64,000 nucleotides of DNA, taken from NCBI GenBank assembly GCA_029776065.1, contig JARVJP010000011.1, positions 24,662 to 88,661 on the forward strand, written 5' to 3'. The DNA is from Nitrososphaeria archaeon (GTDB lineage Archaea; Thermoproteota; Nitrososphaeria; JACIWG01). The position numbers were made by a program, and so were the translations under genes. The notes beneath the pieces were generated by a model. It saw nothing but the letters and a program-made list of their open reading frames with translations, did not search any database and had not been told where the DNA came from. Within the stretch, counting starts at the first letter, position 1; each line of letters begins with the position of its first letter. Below are positions 40,000 to 49,395 of the stretch, one piece after another.

Positions 40000-41217
40000 T
40001 TAAAGATTCTTATTAACTAAATACTTTCCAAGCTTCTCTTCATCTATTGTAAGCCCTAGGCCAACTCTATCTATTGTTCTAACATACCCATTTGAGACCA
40101 CTTCTACTGGGGAGTTACAGACCTCAAAAGCAAGAGGATTCGGGCTCTCTTTTATATCATATACCTCATATGTGAAGAAGGTGTCTGTTGGAAGCGAAGT
40201 AGAGAAATGTATACTTGCTGCTCTACAACCTGCTCCGGATAAACCTACATGTGGTGTATACTTTATATTATAAGTTCTCGCTAGGTTTACAATCTTTATG
40301 CATTCTGATATCCCACCCGCTCTCGATATATCTGGTTGTATTATGTCTACAGCGTCCCTCGTAACAAGTTCTTTAAAATCATATCTTGTGAAATGTGATT
40401 CGCCTGCGCAAAGAGGTATGTCGAGTTTCTTCTTTAATTTAATATACCCTTCTATATCATATGGTGGAACTGGTTCTTCGAACCATGTTACGTCTAATCT
40501 TTCTAAGATCTTGCCAAGTTTTAATGCTTGATTTGAATTGTAGGCTGAATTGGCATCTACCATTATCTCAACACTGTTTCCAACCTCTGTCCTTATGCAT
40601 CTAATATTTTCCTCATCTTGTTCAACTCCCATCCCGACTTTAACTTTTACTTGGTCATATCCTTCGTCAACCCACTTCCTTGCCTTTTTAGCCATGTTTT
40701 GAGGTTTATCAAAGACTATAGAAGAAGCGTAAGCCTTCAATCTGTCTTGAAACTTGCCACCTAACAAGTTGTACACGGGTTGTTTTAGTAACTTTCCCTT
40801 CAAATCCCAAAGGGCTATGTCGACACCAGAAAGTGCTTCTATGAAAAACCCCTTAGTGTGACCTCTTGTATTAAGTGTTGAAAACATCTGCTCCCAAAGC
40901 ACCTCGGTTTCTAAAGGGTCTTTTTCTATGATTATCGTTTTTAAGAGCTTATCGATGATTAAAGCTGTAGCTTGCGGAGCCTCTCTAACAAGACTTTCGC
41001 CAAATCCATATTCGCCGTTATCTGCTACCACTTTAACGAAGCATGAAGCATAACCTCTTCTAATTTTGCTTGATAATTTTTCCCCATAGGGAAGGTAACC
41101 ACTGATAGCTGTACTTGCGCTAGCGTATACAGGATACGTTTTGACGTCTATGATCTTCATATTTTTCGCTCGTTCAACTATATGTTCAATTCCTTTAATT
41201 TCTTTATCTAAAATCAA
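40000..41217 (-). CDS. Mandelate racemase/muconate-lactonizing enzyme family protein (probable acid-sugar dehydratase)
   Basis: SGVDIALWDLKGK, KVKVG, MVDAN, FEEP, AGE and QPD motifs. Confidence 0.92.
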   Translation of the reverse strand: MILDKEIKGIEHIVERAKNMKIIDVKTYPVYASASTAISGYLPYGEKLSSKIRRGYASCFVKVVADNGEYGFGESLVREAPQATALIIDKLLKTIIIEKDPLETEVLWEQMFSTLNTRGHTKGFFIEALSGVDIALWDLKGKLLKQPVYNLLGGKFQDRLKAYASSIVFDKPQNMAKKARKWVDEGYDQVKVKVGMGVEQDEENIRCIRTEVGNSVEIMVDANSAYNSNQALKLGKILERLDVTWFEEPVPPYDIEGYIKLKKKLDIPLCAGESHFTRYDFKELVTRDAVDIIQPDISRAGGISECIKIVNLARTYNIKYTPHVGLSGAGCRAASIHFSTSLPTDTFFTYEVYDIKESPNPLAFEVCNSPVEVVSNGYVRTIDRVGLGLTIDEEKLGKYLVNKNL

Positions 41218-41251
41218 TCCTCGTATCCAAATTTATGGCTTGTTAAGTAAA

Positions 41252-42172
41252 CTATATCTTATAAGCGGTGCCATCTATGTGATATACTTGAAGGATAAGT
41301 TCTCTCATCTTAGCCGAGACCTGTTGTCTAGCATATTCTATGTCGTTTGGTTTTACCTTTAACGCCCGCTCATATGCTTGTCTGATATCTGTCCCTATGT
41401 TGATTTTTGTAATGCCATTTTTAATCGCATCTAGAACGTATTCTGTCTTGATCCCCGATCCCCCGTGAAGTACCAGGGGAATACCTGTTTTCTCCCTAAT
41501 CTTTTTAAGATGCTTTATGTTTAAGCGAGCTTGTACTTTATCTTTATCTTTTGCTGCGCCGCTTACTGCCCCATGGATGTTTCCTATTGCTACTGAAAGC
41601 CAGTCTACCTTGGTTTCCCTAACAAAGCGTGTTGCCTCATTCACGTCTGTGAACCCTATTCCCTTTTCATAAATCTCATCATATGACATTGTAAGGTTCT
41701 TTTCATGTCCTAACACCGCACCTAACTCGGCCTCAGTCGCCCTCCCTTTCACATGGGCCATTTCAACTACCTTTTTGGTTACCTCCATGTTTTCGGAGAA
41801 TGGTAAACGCGAGCCATCGACCATAACAGAGTCGTACCCTGCATTCAAGCCTTCTTCTATACAACTTTTCCAATCCACTCTTAATCCATCTTCATCTATT
41901 ACTGGGACATGATCTTGGTGAAGCCTTGTGAATCCCAAATTCATATACTTCCTGTATTCTTCAGCAACAGCTGTAAAGCTTTTCGCAGTAAACTTTACAA
42001 CCTCTAATCTAGCTACTTCAACTAAGCCGAAGGTTTGGCATTCTACTAATGTTTCTACAATAGGCTTAACCATAGGTAAGTGGGCTGCATTAAATGCTGG
42101 TACCAAAATCCTTTTTTGGTAAGCCCTTTTCATGATCTCTGAGACGTTTTCTGATTCTAGCATATAACTCAA
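41252..42172 (-). CDS. Class II fructose/tagatose-bisphosphate aldolase
   Basis: HQDH, SVMVDGS, EAELG, AIGNIHG, LVLHGGSG and KINIGT motifs. Confidence 0.92.
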   Translation of the reverse strand: MSYMLESENVSEIMKRAYQKRILVPAFNAAHLPMVKPIVETLVECQTFGLVEVARLEVVKFTAKSFTAVAEEYRKYMNLGFTRLHQDHVPVIDEDGLRVDWKSCIEEGLNAGYDSVMVDGSRLPFSENMEVTKKVVEMAHVKGRATEAELGAVLGHEKNLTMSYDEIYEKGIGFTDVNEATRFVRETKVDWLSVAIGNIHGAVSGAAKDKDKVQARLNIKHLKKIREKTGIPLVLHGGSGIKTEYVLDAIKNGITKINIGTDIRQAYERALKVKPNDIEYARQQVSAKMRELILQVYHIDGTAYKI

Positions 42173-42365
42173 GTCAAGCTTTTAGCGGGTCTAGGATATT
42201 AATTTAACCTTTTTCTTCCTCTCTGGCCTTATCTGCCTCATACTTTATAAATTCTGTCTTAATGTATAGACCAAACTAATCTCATTGTTATATGAATTGG
42301 CCAAATACGTGTTAAGCCATAAAAGTTATAAAAAGGTAACGATTAGAAAAAGTAAGAGTGTTTAA

Positions 42366-42989
42366 ATGAGTGGGAAGAAAGTTGTGAACAGAAACGTAGC
42401 TATTGCGCTAGGCATTACTGTTGTTATCCTTCTGGCGGGGTTGGTGGGTTTGGTGATAAGTTATAATTCAATAATAAACTAGAAAGACAACGTTATTGTA
42501 ACGAAGGATTCCCAGATACAAGTGCTTACAAATCAAATAATTCAACTCCAGGCATGGTTTGATGAAAATAAAACTGAATTTAAACAACAAATACAACAGC
42601 TTCAGCAAAAAATATTGCAAGTAGAACAACAAACGCTACAATTTCAACGACAAATAATGAATCTGCAAGCATTTATTAATTCATTAATGATACCAAAACT
42701 CATAAAAGTTGACCTTAAAGCCAATGATAATAGACCTTTGCTTGGAAAACCTTATCTTCATGTATATGGATATATTTGTAATATTGGAAAATATTCTGCG
42801 CTAAATTCTACTGTTCATGTAGTTGCCTTTCAAAGTGGTGAAATTGTAGCGATAGATACTTACATCGATTTAGGCTCAATAGATGGTGGATCATAGACAG
42901 TTGTGGATTCAAATATTTATTATAGTGAAAGTGAATTAGTGAATTACACATTAACACTAGGATGGGTATCTCTACCTATGCCAGTTTAA
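42366..42989 (+). pseudogene. Membrane-anchored coiled-coil protein gene interrupted by two in-frame TAG codons
   Basis: ATG 42366 (MSGKKVVNRNVAIALGI plus TM), TAG 42480-42482, TAG 42894-42896, final TAA 42987-42989, all in one frame. Confidence 0.7.
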
Positions 42990-43397
42990 CGAATAACTAT
43001 TTTAGACGTGATGTTTGCAGTTAAAATAAATTATATATCTGTAGCTAGCTAAGTTAAAGCCTAAAACATGGGATGAAGTAACTTTTTTGTACTGCTTATC
43101 TGTGCGTCTATTTATGTCTCATAGTAAAAAATGAAGGTGTATATTTAAGCTGTAATGAAATCGTGGGCTAGAGGTTACTGTAAACCGCTGAGCATTATCA
43201 TTTACAGCTGTTTACATTAAGCGTTTATCAAACCTATTATAACTTATGTTTATAAAGATGACCTCTTAAAGTTAAATAAAACAAGTTGTTCTCAAAATAA
43301 GTTGAGGCTATCAAGATAACATTACTGCGCATGCTATAAATAAGCCGGTTAGAACAGACTCACAATATTGAAGGCAACCAAACTCTATTAAAAATAA

Positions 43398-43640
43398 TTA
43401 CTTAATTTTCTCTACTGTTATTGCACTAACTGGACACACGTCAGCCCCTTCCTTTGCACACTGATATAACTCATCAGGAACTTCTCCAACAGACTTGTCC
43501 TCCAATATTTCTTTACTGTATTGTTCAACCACTCGATTTTTTCCGTTGTCGTTTCCTAAATAGTACACTCTTGGGCAGGCAGCTGGTGCAGCTCCACATG
43601 CAATACATAACACCCTATCTACGGTCACTTTATACGGCAT
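43398..43640 (-). CDS. Single-cluster ferredoxin
   Basis: VDRVLCIACGA...ACP and CPVSAI motifs. Confidence 0.88.
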   Translation of the reverse strand: MPYKVTVDRVLCIACGAAPAACPRVYYLGNDNGKNRVVEQYSKEILEDKSVGEVPDELYQCAKEGADVCPVSAITVEKIK

Positions 43641-43693
43641 ATCTTAATTACATCCCTCCTAGTTAATATATTTTTTACTCATCTCCTAGAAGC

Positions 43694-43969
43694 TCATTCT
43701 AATCTTTTAATAATGTGCCAACCAAATTGTGTCTTTATAGGGTTTGAAATTTGTCCTTTGTTAAGCGCGAAGGCTGAAATTTCGAACTCGCGAACCATCC
43801 TTCCCCTACCAAACGTCCCTAGGTCACCACCCTTTTTCTTGGAAGGACATAATGATTTTTCGCTCGCGAGCTTTGTGAAGCTAGCTCCTTTGTTCAGTTG
43901 ATCAAGAATCGCTCTCGCTTCTTGTTCTGTCTTAACTAGAATATGGGCACAGTGCACTTTACCAACCAT
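43694..43969 (-). CDS. Parvulin-type peptidyl-prolyl isomerase
   Basis: Probable start MVGKVHCAHILV; SLCPS, GGDLG, MVREFE and TQFGWHII motifs. Confidence 0.92.
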   Translation of the reverse strand: MVGKVHCAHILVKTEQEARAILDQLNKGASFTKLASEKSLCPSKKKGGDLGTFGRGRMVREFEISAFALNKGQISNPIKTQFGWHIIKRLE

Positions 43970-44028
43970 ATAGAGGTAACCGACATTAGCTTTTATAAAA
44001 CTTTTCAAAAGATAGGCTTTTGAATGAA

Positions 44029-44409
44029 TCACTTTTTTATTTTAAATCCAAGCTCTGAAAGTTTGTCAACAGTCTTTTGAAGCGCACCTTCTTTAACCAA
44101 TATGTGATCGGTTGAGTAAGAAGAAATAACTAAAAACGGTATTCCTTCACTTGCTAAAGCAGTAGCTATTCTAGATATAAACCCAACTAGTTCGAAAGGT
44201 AGTCTCATGTCGAAGGTGATTACTTTCCACCCTTCTTCTAACTCTATTACTTTATCAAGGCTTAACTTATCCCTTTCAACGATCACCGTTATTTCTCTTT
44301 TATCTTGTATTACTGCGAATGCATTACTAACTGGTTCCTTTGACTTAACTAATGCAAATTCTTCTTTCCACAAATAAGCCTTTTTATCCTTGAAACCTTC
44401 TAACCACAT
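44029..44409 (-). CDS. ACT-domain protein (CASTOR/ACT_7-like)
   Basis: LVGFISRIATALASEGI and SSYSTDHILV motifs; probable start ATG 44409. Confidence 0.82.
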   Translation of the reverse strand: MWLEGFKDKKAYLWKEEFALVKSKEPVSNAFAVIQDKREITVIVERDKLSLDKVIELEEGWKVITFDMRLPFELVGFISRIATALASEGIPFLVISSYSTDHILVKEGALQKTVDKLSELGFKIKK

Positions 44410-44776
44410 ATGGAATACAGCTATCTTTGGAATATAAGAATATAACGTATGATACTGGCCAATGATTATAGCCAGCATCATACATTTGATACGACTCGTG
44501 AAGGCCTTTGCCTTCACTTTGATAACATTACGTATGTATTTAATCGCCAATAAGAGAAAATATAATTGGTTGGGTGATCTTTAAAGCCAGGTCTTTCAAC
44601 TTACTGTTAAGCCTATACAAACTCAATTAATACCTACAAAATATTGTCTAGGTTCTTCTATTTAATTATTATCAAGGCATTTGACGTTTGGTTTGGTTAC
44701 TATTCAATGCTCTTTGCTCATAACTTAGCTCTAAAGATCTAGCGTTGGTTCTTTTATTTCTCGTTAGATTGTCTTC

Positions 44777-45565
44777 TTGATGGTTGATCAATGTTCTTAT
44801 TGCGGAGAAAGATTGGCAATCGATAAATATGGTGAAATAGTGTGTTCACAATGTGGAGCTGTTGTTGGGCATGTTGAGGAAACATGCTTTGAACATTCTA
44901 CATACCCTGCTAGTTTGGCTTTACAAAAGAAGAGCGATTATGGTGTAATACATATCATTAACAGTGTATGTGGTCGTTTAGGACTAAACAACAAGGTCGC
45001 TTTCGAAGCACGGCGTATTGCGGAGGATATAACGAGCGAACGGGCTAGAAGTAACTCTGTTGAAACCGCTTTCTTCAGCATGTACATGGCATGTAAATAC
45101 CATTGTCCATCATTTTGTGGTAAATTAATAACAGAATTCCGTCAAATAGGTCTAAAGGGGAATGGGAGGAACTGCCTTAAAGTGTTAAATAAGTTTTGGG
45201 CCTTCTACAAGCATCCAAGAGCAGAGAGCTATTCTTACTTGGAGCTGTACCTTGATAGGTTGAAATCAAATATGTACATAAAAAACTACGTAGATATTCT
45301 AGTGGGTGGCCAATCTAGCTTGTTATGGACTAAGGTTCGTGAATTTTCGATGCTACTTTTAAATAGATCCCGCTTTGAGGGCTATTCCACAAGAGTTAGG
45401 GTTTTATGTGTACTACATATTGCGTGCGGGAAGATTTTTAAGCTGTTTGGAATAGAAAATCCGATAACACTTGATTTTATATCGCAATATTTCTCTTTAA
45501 ACAAGAATAATCTTCGGAAGGCTGTTGAAAAGATTCTCGTGAACTACTATGAAAACTTGGGTTGA
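44777..45565 (+). CDS. Divergent TFIIB/TFB-like protein
   Basis: Zn ribbon CSYC...IVCSQCGAV, cyclin-like repeats (ICxRLGL, YMACK) and a C-terminal HTH-like segment; B-reader region apparently absent. Confidence 0.7.
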   Translation: MMVDQCSYCGERLAIDKYGEIVCSQCGAVVGHVEETCFEHSTYPASLALQKKSDYGVIHIINSVCGRLGLNNKVAFEARRIAEDITSERARSNSVETAFFSMYMACKYHCPSFCGKLITEFRQIGLKGNGRNCLKVLNKFWAFYKHPRAESYSYLELYLDRLKSNMYIKNYVDILVGGQSSLLWTKVREFSMLLLNRSRFEGYSTRVRVLCVLHIACGKIFKLFGIENPITLDFISQYFSLNKNNLRKAVEKILVNYYENLG

Positions 45566-46622
45566 ATGCGAATATTCATATGTTCCGGTGGAGATGGTGT
45601 ATCCTAACTCATTTAACACGAATCATATGAAGGCTGGAGAATATGAAAAACTGAAAAGTGATCTTGTTCAAAAAGGGGTTGAAGGTTTTCCTCCCATATT
45701 AGTTACACCTAGGGGTGACAAGTTTATGATAGTTGATGGAGAGCATAGGTGGAGGGCTGCTGTTGAACTTGGTTGTTTGAAGATTAAGGCTGAAATAGTC
45801 CATCTTAATGATGAAGAAGCTAAGGTGGAGTGTTTTAAAAGAAACTATCAAAGGGGTTGGATAAATTATTTTAAAGCAGCAGAACTGTTTTGGAAGGAAA
45901 AGCAAAATGGGATGACTATAAGAGAAATAGCTGAGAAGTATAGTCTTTCCACTTACACAGTTGACAGTATTATCCGGTTTTCCAAGTTCCCCCCTGATTT
46001 GAAGGAATTAATCGTATCAGTTAATGATGAATCTGAAGAGTTGTCGGAGCAGGGTTTCAAATTCACCTTTCGCCACCTTGTTGCATTATCTAAATTGCCT
46101 GTTGAGAGGATGATGGATTTCGCGGAATGGTTTCAAAGTGATAGAATTTCAGGTCCTCTAGCAGAGAAGGAAGTTGCGGTTTTTTTGATAAAACAGCACC
46201 TTTTAGGGGTACTTGATGAAAAGAAAAGGGAAGGAGTTATCTTTCCCAAAGTCGCAGAAATGTTGAAGACGATCTTTCAAAGGAATCCAGCACTTTACTC
46301 AGAGGAGAAGATACAAGCTCTAATAGATGTAGGTGATGAAAAAAGGCAGGAGACTTTGGCAAAAAGGCTTTTTCTAGAAGAAATGGGGGAAAGGTTTTCT
46401 CTGTACTCAATAGCGCCTACCATTAATAATAAAGTGCCAAAGAATAATAGCTTTTTTAGTTTTAAATGTAACTGTGGTAGGGTATACAAGGTACATGGGA
46501 GGATAGTTGACGCACTTGAGAAATGGGATACTCCTCCAACTAAGACTATTGAAATAAGGCCTGAGCACTTAGGGAAGAAGCTTTACATAAACTATGCTGA
46601 TATGGTTTATTATTTCGAATGA
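45549..46622 (+). CDS. ParB/Srx-domain protein with HTH
   Basis: PILV...IVDGEHRWRAA and MTIREIAEKYSLS; overlaps the TFB-like gene by 17 nt. Confidence 0.88.
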   Translation: MKTWVECEYSYVPVEMVYPNSFNTNHMKAGEYEKLKSDLVQKGVEGFPPILVTPRGDKFMIVDGEHRWRAAVELGCLKIKAEIVHLNDEEAKVECFKRNYQRGWINYFKAAELFWKEKQNGMTIREIAEKYSLSTYTVDSIIRFSKFPPDLKELIVSVNDESEELSEQGFKFTFRHLVALSKLPVERMMDFAEWFQSDRISGPLAEKEVAVFLIKQHLLGVLDEKKREGVIFPKVAEMLKTIFQRNPALYSEEKIQALIDVGDEKRQETLAKRLFLEEMGERFSLYSIAPTINNKVPKNNSFFSFKCNCGRVYKVHGRIVDALEKWDTPPTKTIEIRPEHLGKKLYINYADMVYYFE

Positions 46623-46623
46623 A

Positions 46624-48135
46624 TTATATATCAACTTTTACAAGTTCAGCCATGCCGTATTTGTTCTTTATTAGCGCTATTATCGTATTTTCATCCAGAA
46701 TTGCGAATTGGTAGGGGAAGTACTCGTAACCCCAGTCTCCTCCATCAGAAATGTACTCTGATTGATATGCAGCTAATGGGTTGTACCATGTCGTATTAGG
46801 AAAGGTTACTCTTTTTGATATTGTTAAGTCAGGGTTGTATATTTCGAATCCGTTTAATTTGATAAAGATTAAGCCATAGTCCGTGTTTTTAAATGCTGTT
46901 GGCCTATATGATATATTTACGGTCTTCCATTGCAAAGTCTGAAGACTTTTTGCTCCTATGATTAGTCCATTATATGTTGTGTTATAGCTGTAAAAGAAAC
47001 CATCTCCTACAAAGTAGGAGGTGTAGTCTGAGTATCTTGTTGAGAATAGCTTAACCGCTCTGCTATCGTTGATGAACTTATAAACCGTGATCGTATCAGG
47101 GTTTGTTCCATATATTCGAGTTACAAAGTACGGGTAGTCATAGCTCCATACATAATACTTTGAACCTGTATAAGAAGCGTACATTGTAACATTTGTTCTG
47201 TAGACTTTAAATGTTGAAGTTTGAACATCATATACACCGTGCATTACATAAGCAGTTTTGCCGCCGTAGTTCGACGCAGAAACTCCGAGTACCCTGTTAC
47301 CTGACTTTGATTGGACTACAAAATTTAGTGGAACACTTGTCTCTAGGGAATAGGCTGTAGTATTTTGTGTTCCAATTTTATCTGCGGGGCTCAGTATCCA
47401 GTCTTCGAATAGAAAGCATAGATCGTGAAACTCCCCTACACCGTATCCCTTTTCAAGTGAAACTATTCTATACCCTGTCCATCCAGAGTGGTTGGCCATA
47501 GGGTATGCAGGTGCGAGTTTAAACCCCCAAGAATGGTACGGTATGTCTGCGACATAGTAGTAGGCATCTAGGTGATAAGTACCAATCTTCGTACCATTAC
47601 TATGGAAGTGATATAAGGTGTTAAGCCCTTCCACAACAAAGAAAGTAGTGGTGTTATTAGGGTTAACAAAGATCCTTACAGGTATAGTACCTCCTTGCTC
47701 ATTCATCCCTCCAAAGCAATTGTTTGGAAGTTCGTTTACCCTCGATTCTTTTTGAGCTGGAAATATGTTACCAAGTGTTGTTATTACTGCTACACTATCT
47801 GTTATGTTATCTAACTGTATTTTCATAAGATTTCTAGGGGCTAATGTGATATTGACGTTTAAAACCTGTTTAACTAAATTATTCTCATTAAATAATATGA
47901 TGTAATTTATTTTTGTGTACTTTACCCACTCGTTCTCAATTAGAAGTGTTCTTCCACTTATTGAGCAATTGATTTTCTCCCTAATTTTGTCTAATTGATC
48001 TTTCATTTTTATCTCTTCTGATTTCGCTTCTTCCCTAAAACTTTCTACTTGGCTGTACAATGTTGTAAACGCTGAAATGAACATTAGTGCTATGAACACT
48101 ATCGCTATGGTAGCGGATTGTCCTCTTCTCTTCAT
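46624..48135 (-). CDS. Large pilin/adhesin-like protein with a class III signal peptide
   Basis: MKRRG|QSATIAIVFIALMF, an ITTLGNIF pilin-like domain and a Tyr/Thr-rich beta C-terminus. Confidence 0.72.
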   Translation of the reverse strand: MKRRGQSATIAIVFIALMFISAFTTLYSQVESFREEAKSEEIKMKDQLDKIREKINCSISGRTLLIENEWVKYTKINYIILFNENNLVKQVLNVNITLAPRNLMKIQLDNITDSVAVITTLGNIFPAQKESRVNELPNNCFGGMNEQGGTIPVRIFVNPNNTTTFFVVEGLNTLYHFHSNGTKIGTYHLDAYYYVADIPYHSWGFKLAPAYPMANHSGWTGYRIVSLEKGYGVGEFHDLCFLFEDWILSPADKIGTQNTTAYSLETSVPLNFVVQSKSGNRVLGVSASNYGGKTAYVMHGVYDVQTSTFKVYRTNVTMYASYTGSKYYVWSYDYPYFVTRIYGTNPDTITVYKFINDSRAVKLFSTRYSDYTSYFVGDGFFYSYNTTYNGLIIGAKSLQTLQWKTVNISYRPTAFKNTDYGLIFIKLNGFEIYNPDLTISKRVTFPNTTWYNPLAAYQSEYISDGGDWGYEYFPYQFAILDENTIIALIKNKYGMAELVKVDI

Positions 48136-48174
48136 AGTATCCTATATTCTATGTTCCGATAAACCCCTTTAAGC

Positions 48175-49395
48175 TCATCCTTGTTTTCTGCTTAAGTACA
48201 TTATTAGATTGGTCTTTAAGGCTAAGCTCTCAATAACCTTCTCCTTGTTCACATTATTTATTTTTGCCCATAATTGAAGTATTTTGCTCTTATCGTACAA
48301 CTGTTTAGGTGTGTCACATCCACTTATTCTTATGGGTGCTTCTTGTTCATCCACTTTTTCTATATACTCAATGTTCTCGGTTAGCTGATTGTTTGGGAAT
48401 ATTAAGCGTATCTCCATCCCGGCTGTTGCCTCTAAAGGCGTTTGTCTACTGTATATGAAACATATTTCTTCTGTTGGAAGTATAATTTTTTCCTGGATAT
48501 CATCTCCATCTACTATGACGTATTCTACACCGGATCTTCTCGCTATTTCAAGTGCTCTCCTATAGTCAAGTCCGGTTTTTTCGTTAACATTCACTTTAAA
48601 GACGAATTCATGTGAAGTCATCGGAAGTGGCGTTTTCTCGATCATCATAATCTTTGACTTTAATGGGATCATTTCTATTAGTCCGTTGAGAAAGCACTTT
48701 CTCTCTTCATGGCTTGCCCCGATGAGCGCGATTGTAACCTTGGTTTCTATTATGGTCCATAAATACACCATCTCTTGTGGAGTGAGTATCTTCTCATCTA
48801 GTAGCCACAAGTTAGTTGTTTGGGTTTCTATTCTTCTTTTTAAAAAGCATATGCTGTTATAGGGTTCTTTTTGGATTATTATTTGGGCATAGAAGTTGTG
48901 GTCTACTAAACCTTCATCTGTGTTGATGCAGTTGTTTACTGTTATCTTTGTTTTAATTCGTTCTATTATATCGTTTATCTCTTTATTGTCTTTGAGCTTT
49001 AGGTTAGTCTTAATATATGAATTTTTGGGAAAGTGTCTGTGTTTTATGTAGATCGGCTTGTCTACCGCTATTATGTCGATTTCCAAGATGTTAGGGTCTA
49101 GTGTTAGAGGGTAAATCTTACCATAGCATGACAACATTTTTCTGATATGATATTGTATTGGTTCTGGAAGTTTTGCCACTTCTTTATCCACTGTGTTGGT
49201 GTTCCTCCTTTTTAATGAACGTTCTATTGAATAGATGTTGTCCACATGAGTTTTTACGATCTTCATGTCTTTATCTGATGTTTGAGGTTCCTTGACGTAG
49301 TATTCAACTTCTTTATCCTTCCCTATTATTGCCACTTCTACTTCTTGAACTTTATATTTCTCGACGACTTCTTCGAGTTGAATGGCGTCTTCCAT
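48175..49395 (-). CDS. Degenerate T2SS/T4P (VirB11/ArlI-like) ATPase
   Basis: YYVKEP and YGKIYPLTLDPNI N-domain retained; Walker A reads GASHEERK, Walker B reads VIVD. Confidence 0.72.
   Translation of the reverse strand: MEDAIQLEEVVEKYKVQEVEVAIIGKDKEVEYYVKEPQTSDKDMKIVKTHVDNIYSIERSLKRRNTNTVDKEVAKLPEPIQYHIRKMLSCYGKIYPLTLDPNILEIDIIAVDKPIYIKHRHFPKNSYIKTNLKLKDNKEINDIIERIKTKITVNNCINTDEGLVDHNFYAQIIIQKEPYNSICFLKRRIETQTTNLWLLDEKILTPQEMVYLWTIIETKVTIALIGASHEERKCFLNGLIEMIPLKSKIMMIEKTPLPMTSHEFVFKVNVNEKTGLDYRRALEIARRSGVEYVIVDGDDIQEKIILPTEEICFIYSRQTPLEATAGMEIRLIFPNNQLTENIEYIEKVDEQEAPIRISGCDTPKQLYDKSKILQLWAKINNVNKEKVIESLALKTNLIMYLSRKQG

Noticed and set aside
42366-42989. Genome-wide TAG recoding
   Set aside because: Several conserved genes end properly at TAG (e.g. 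853, 4409, 11904, 20169).
44550-44777. att site (tRNA-Lys repeat) bounding the TFB/ParB/pilus block
   Set aside because: No copy of the tRNA sequence was found here, and the block lies 5' of the tRNA, so an intact integrated element is not supported.
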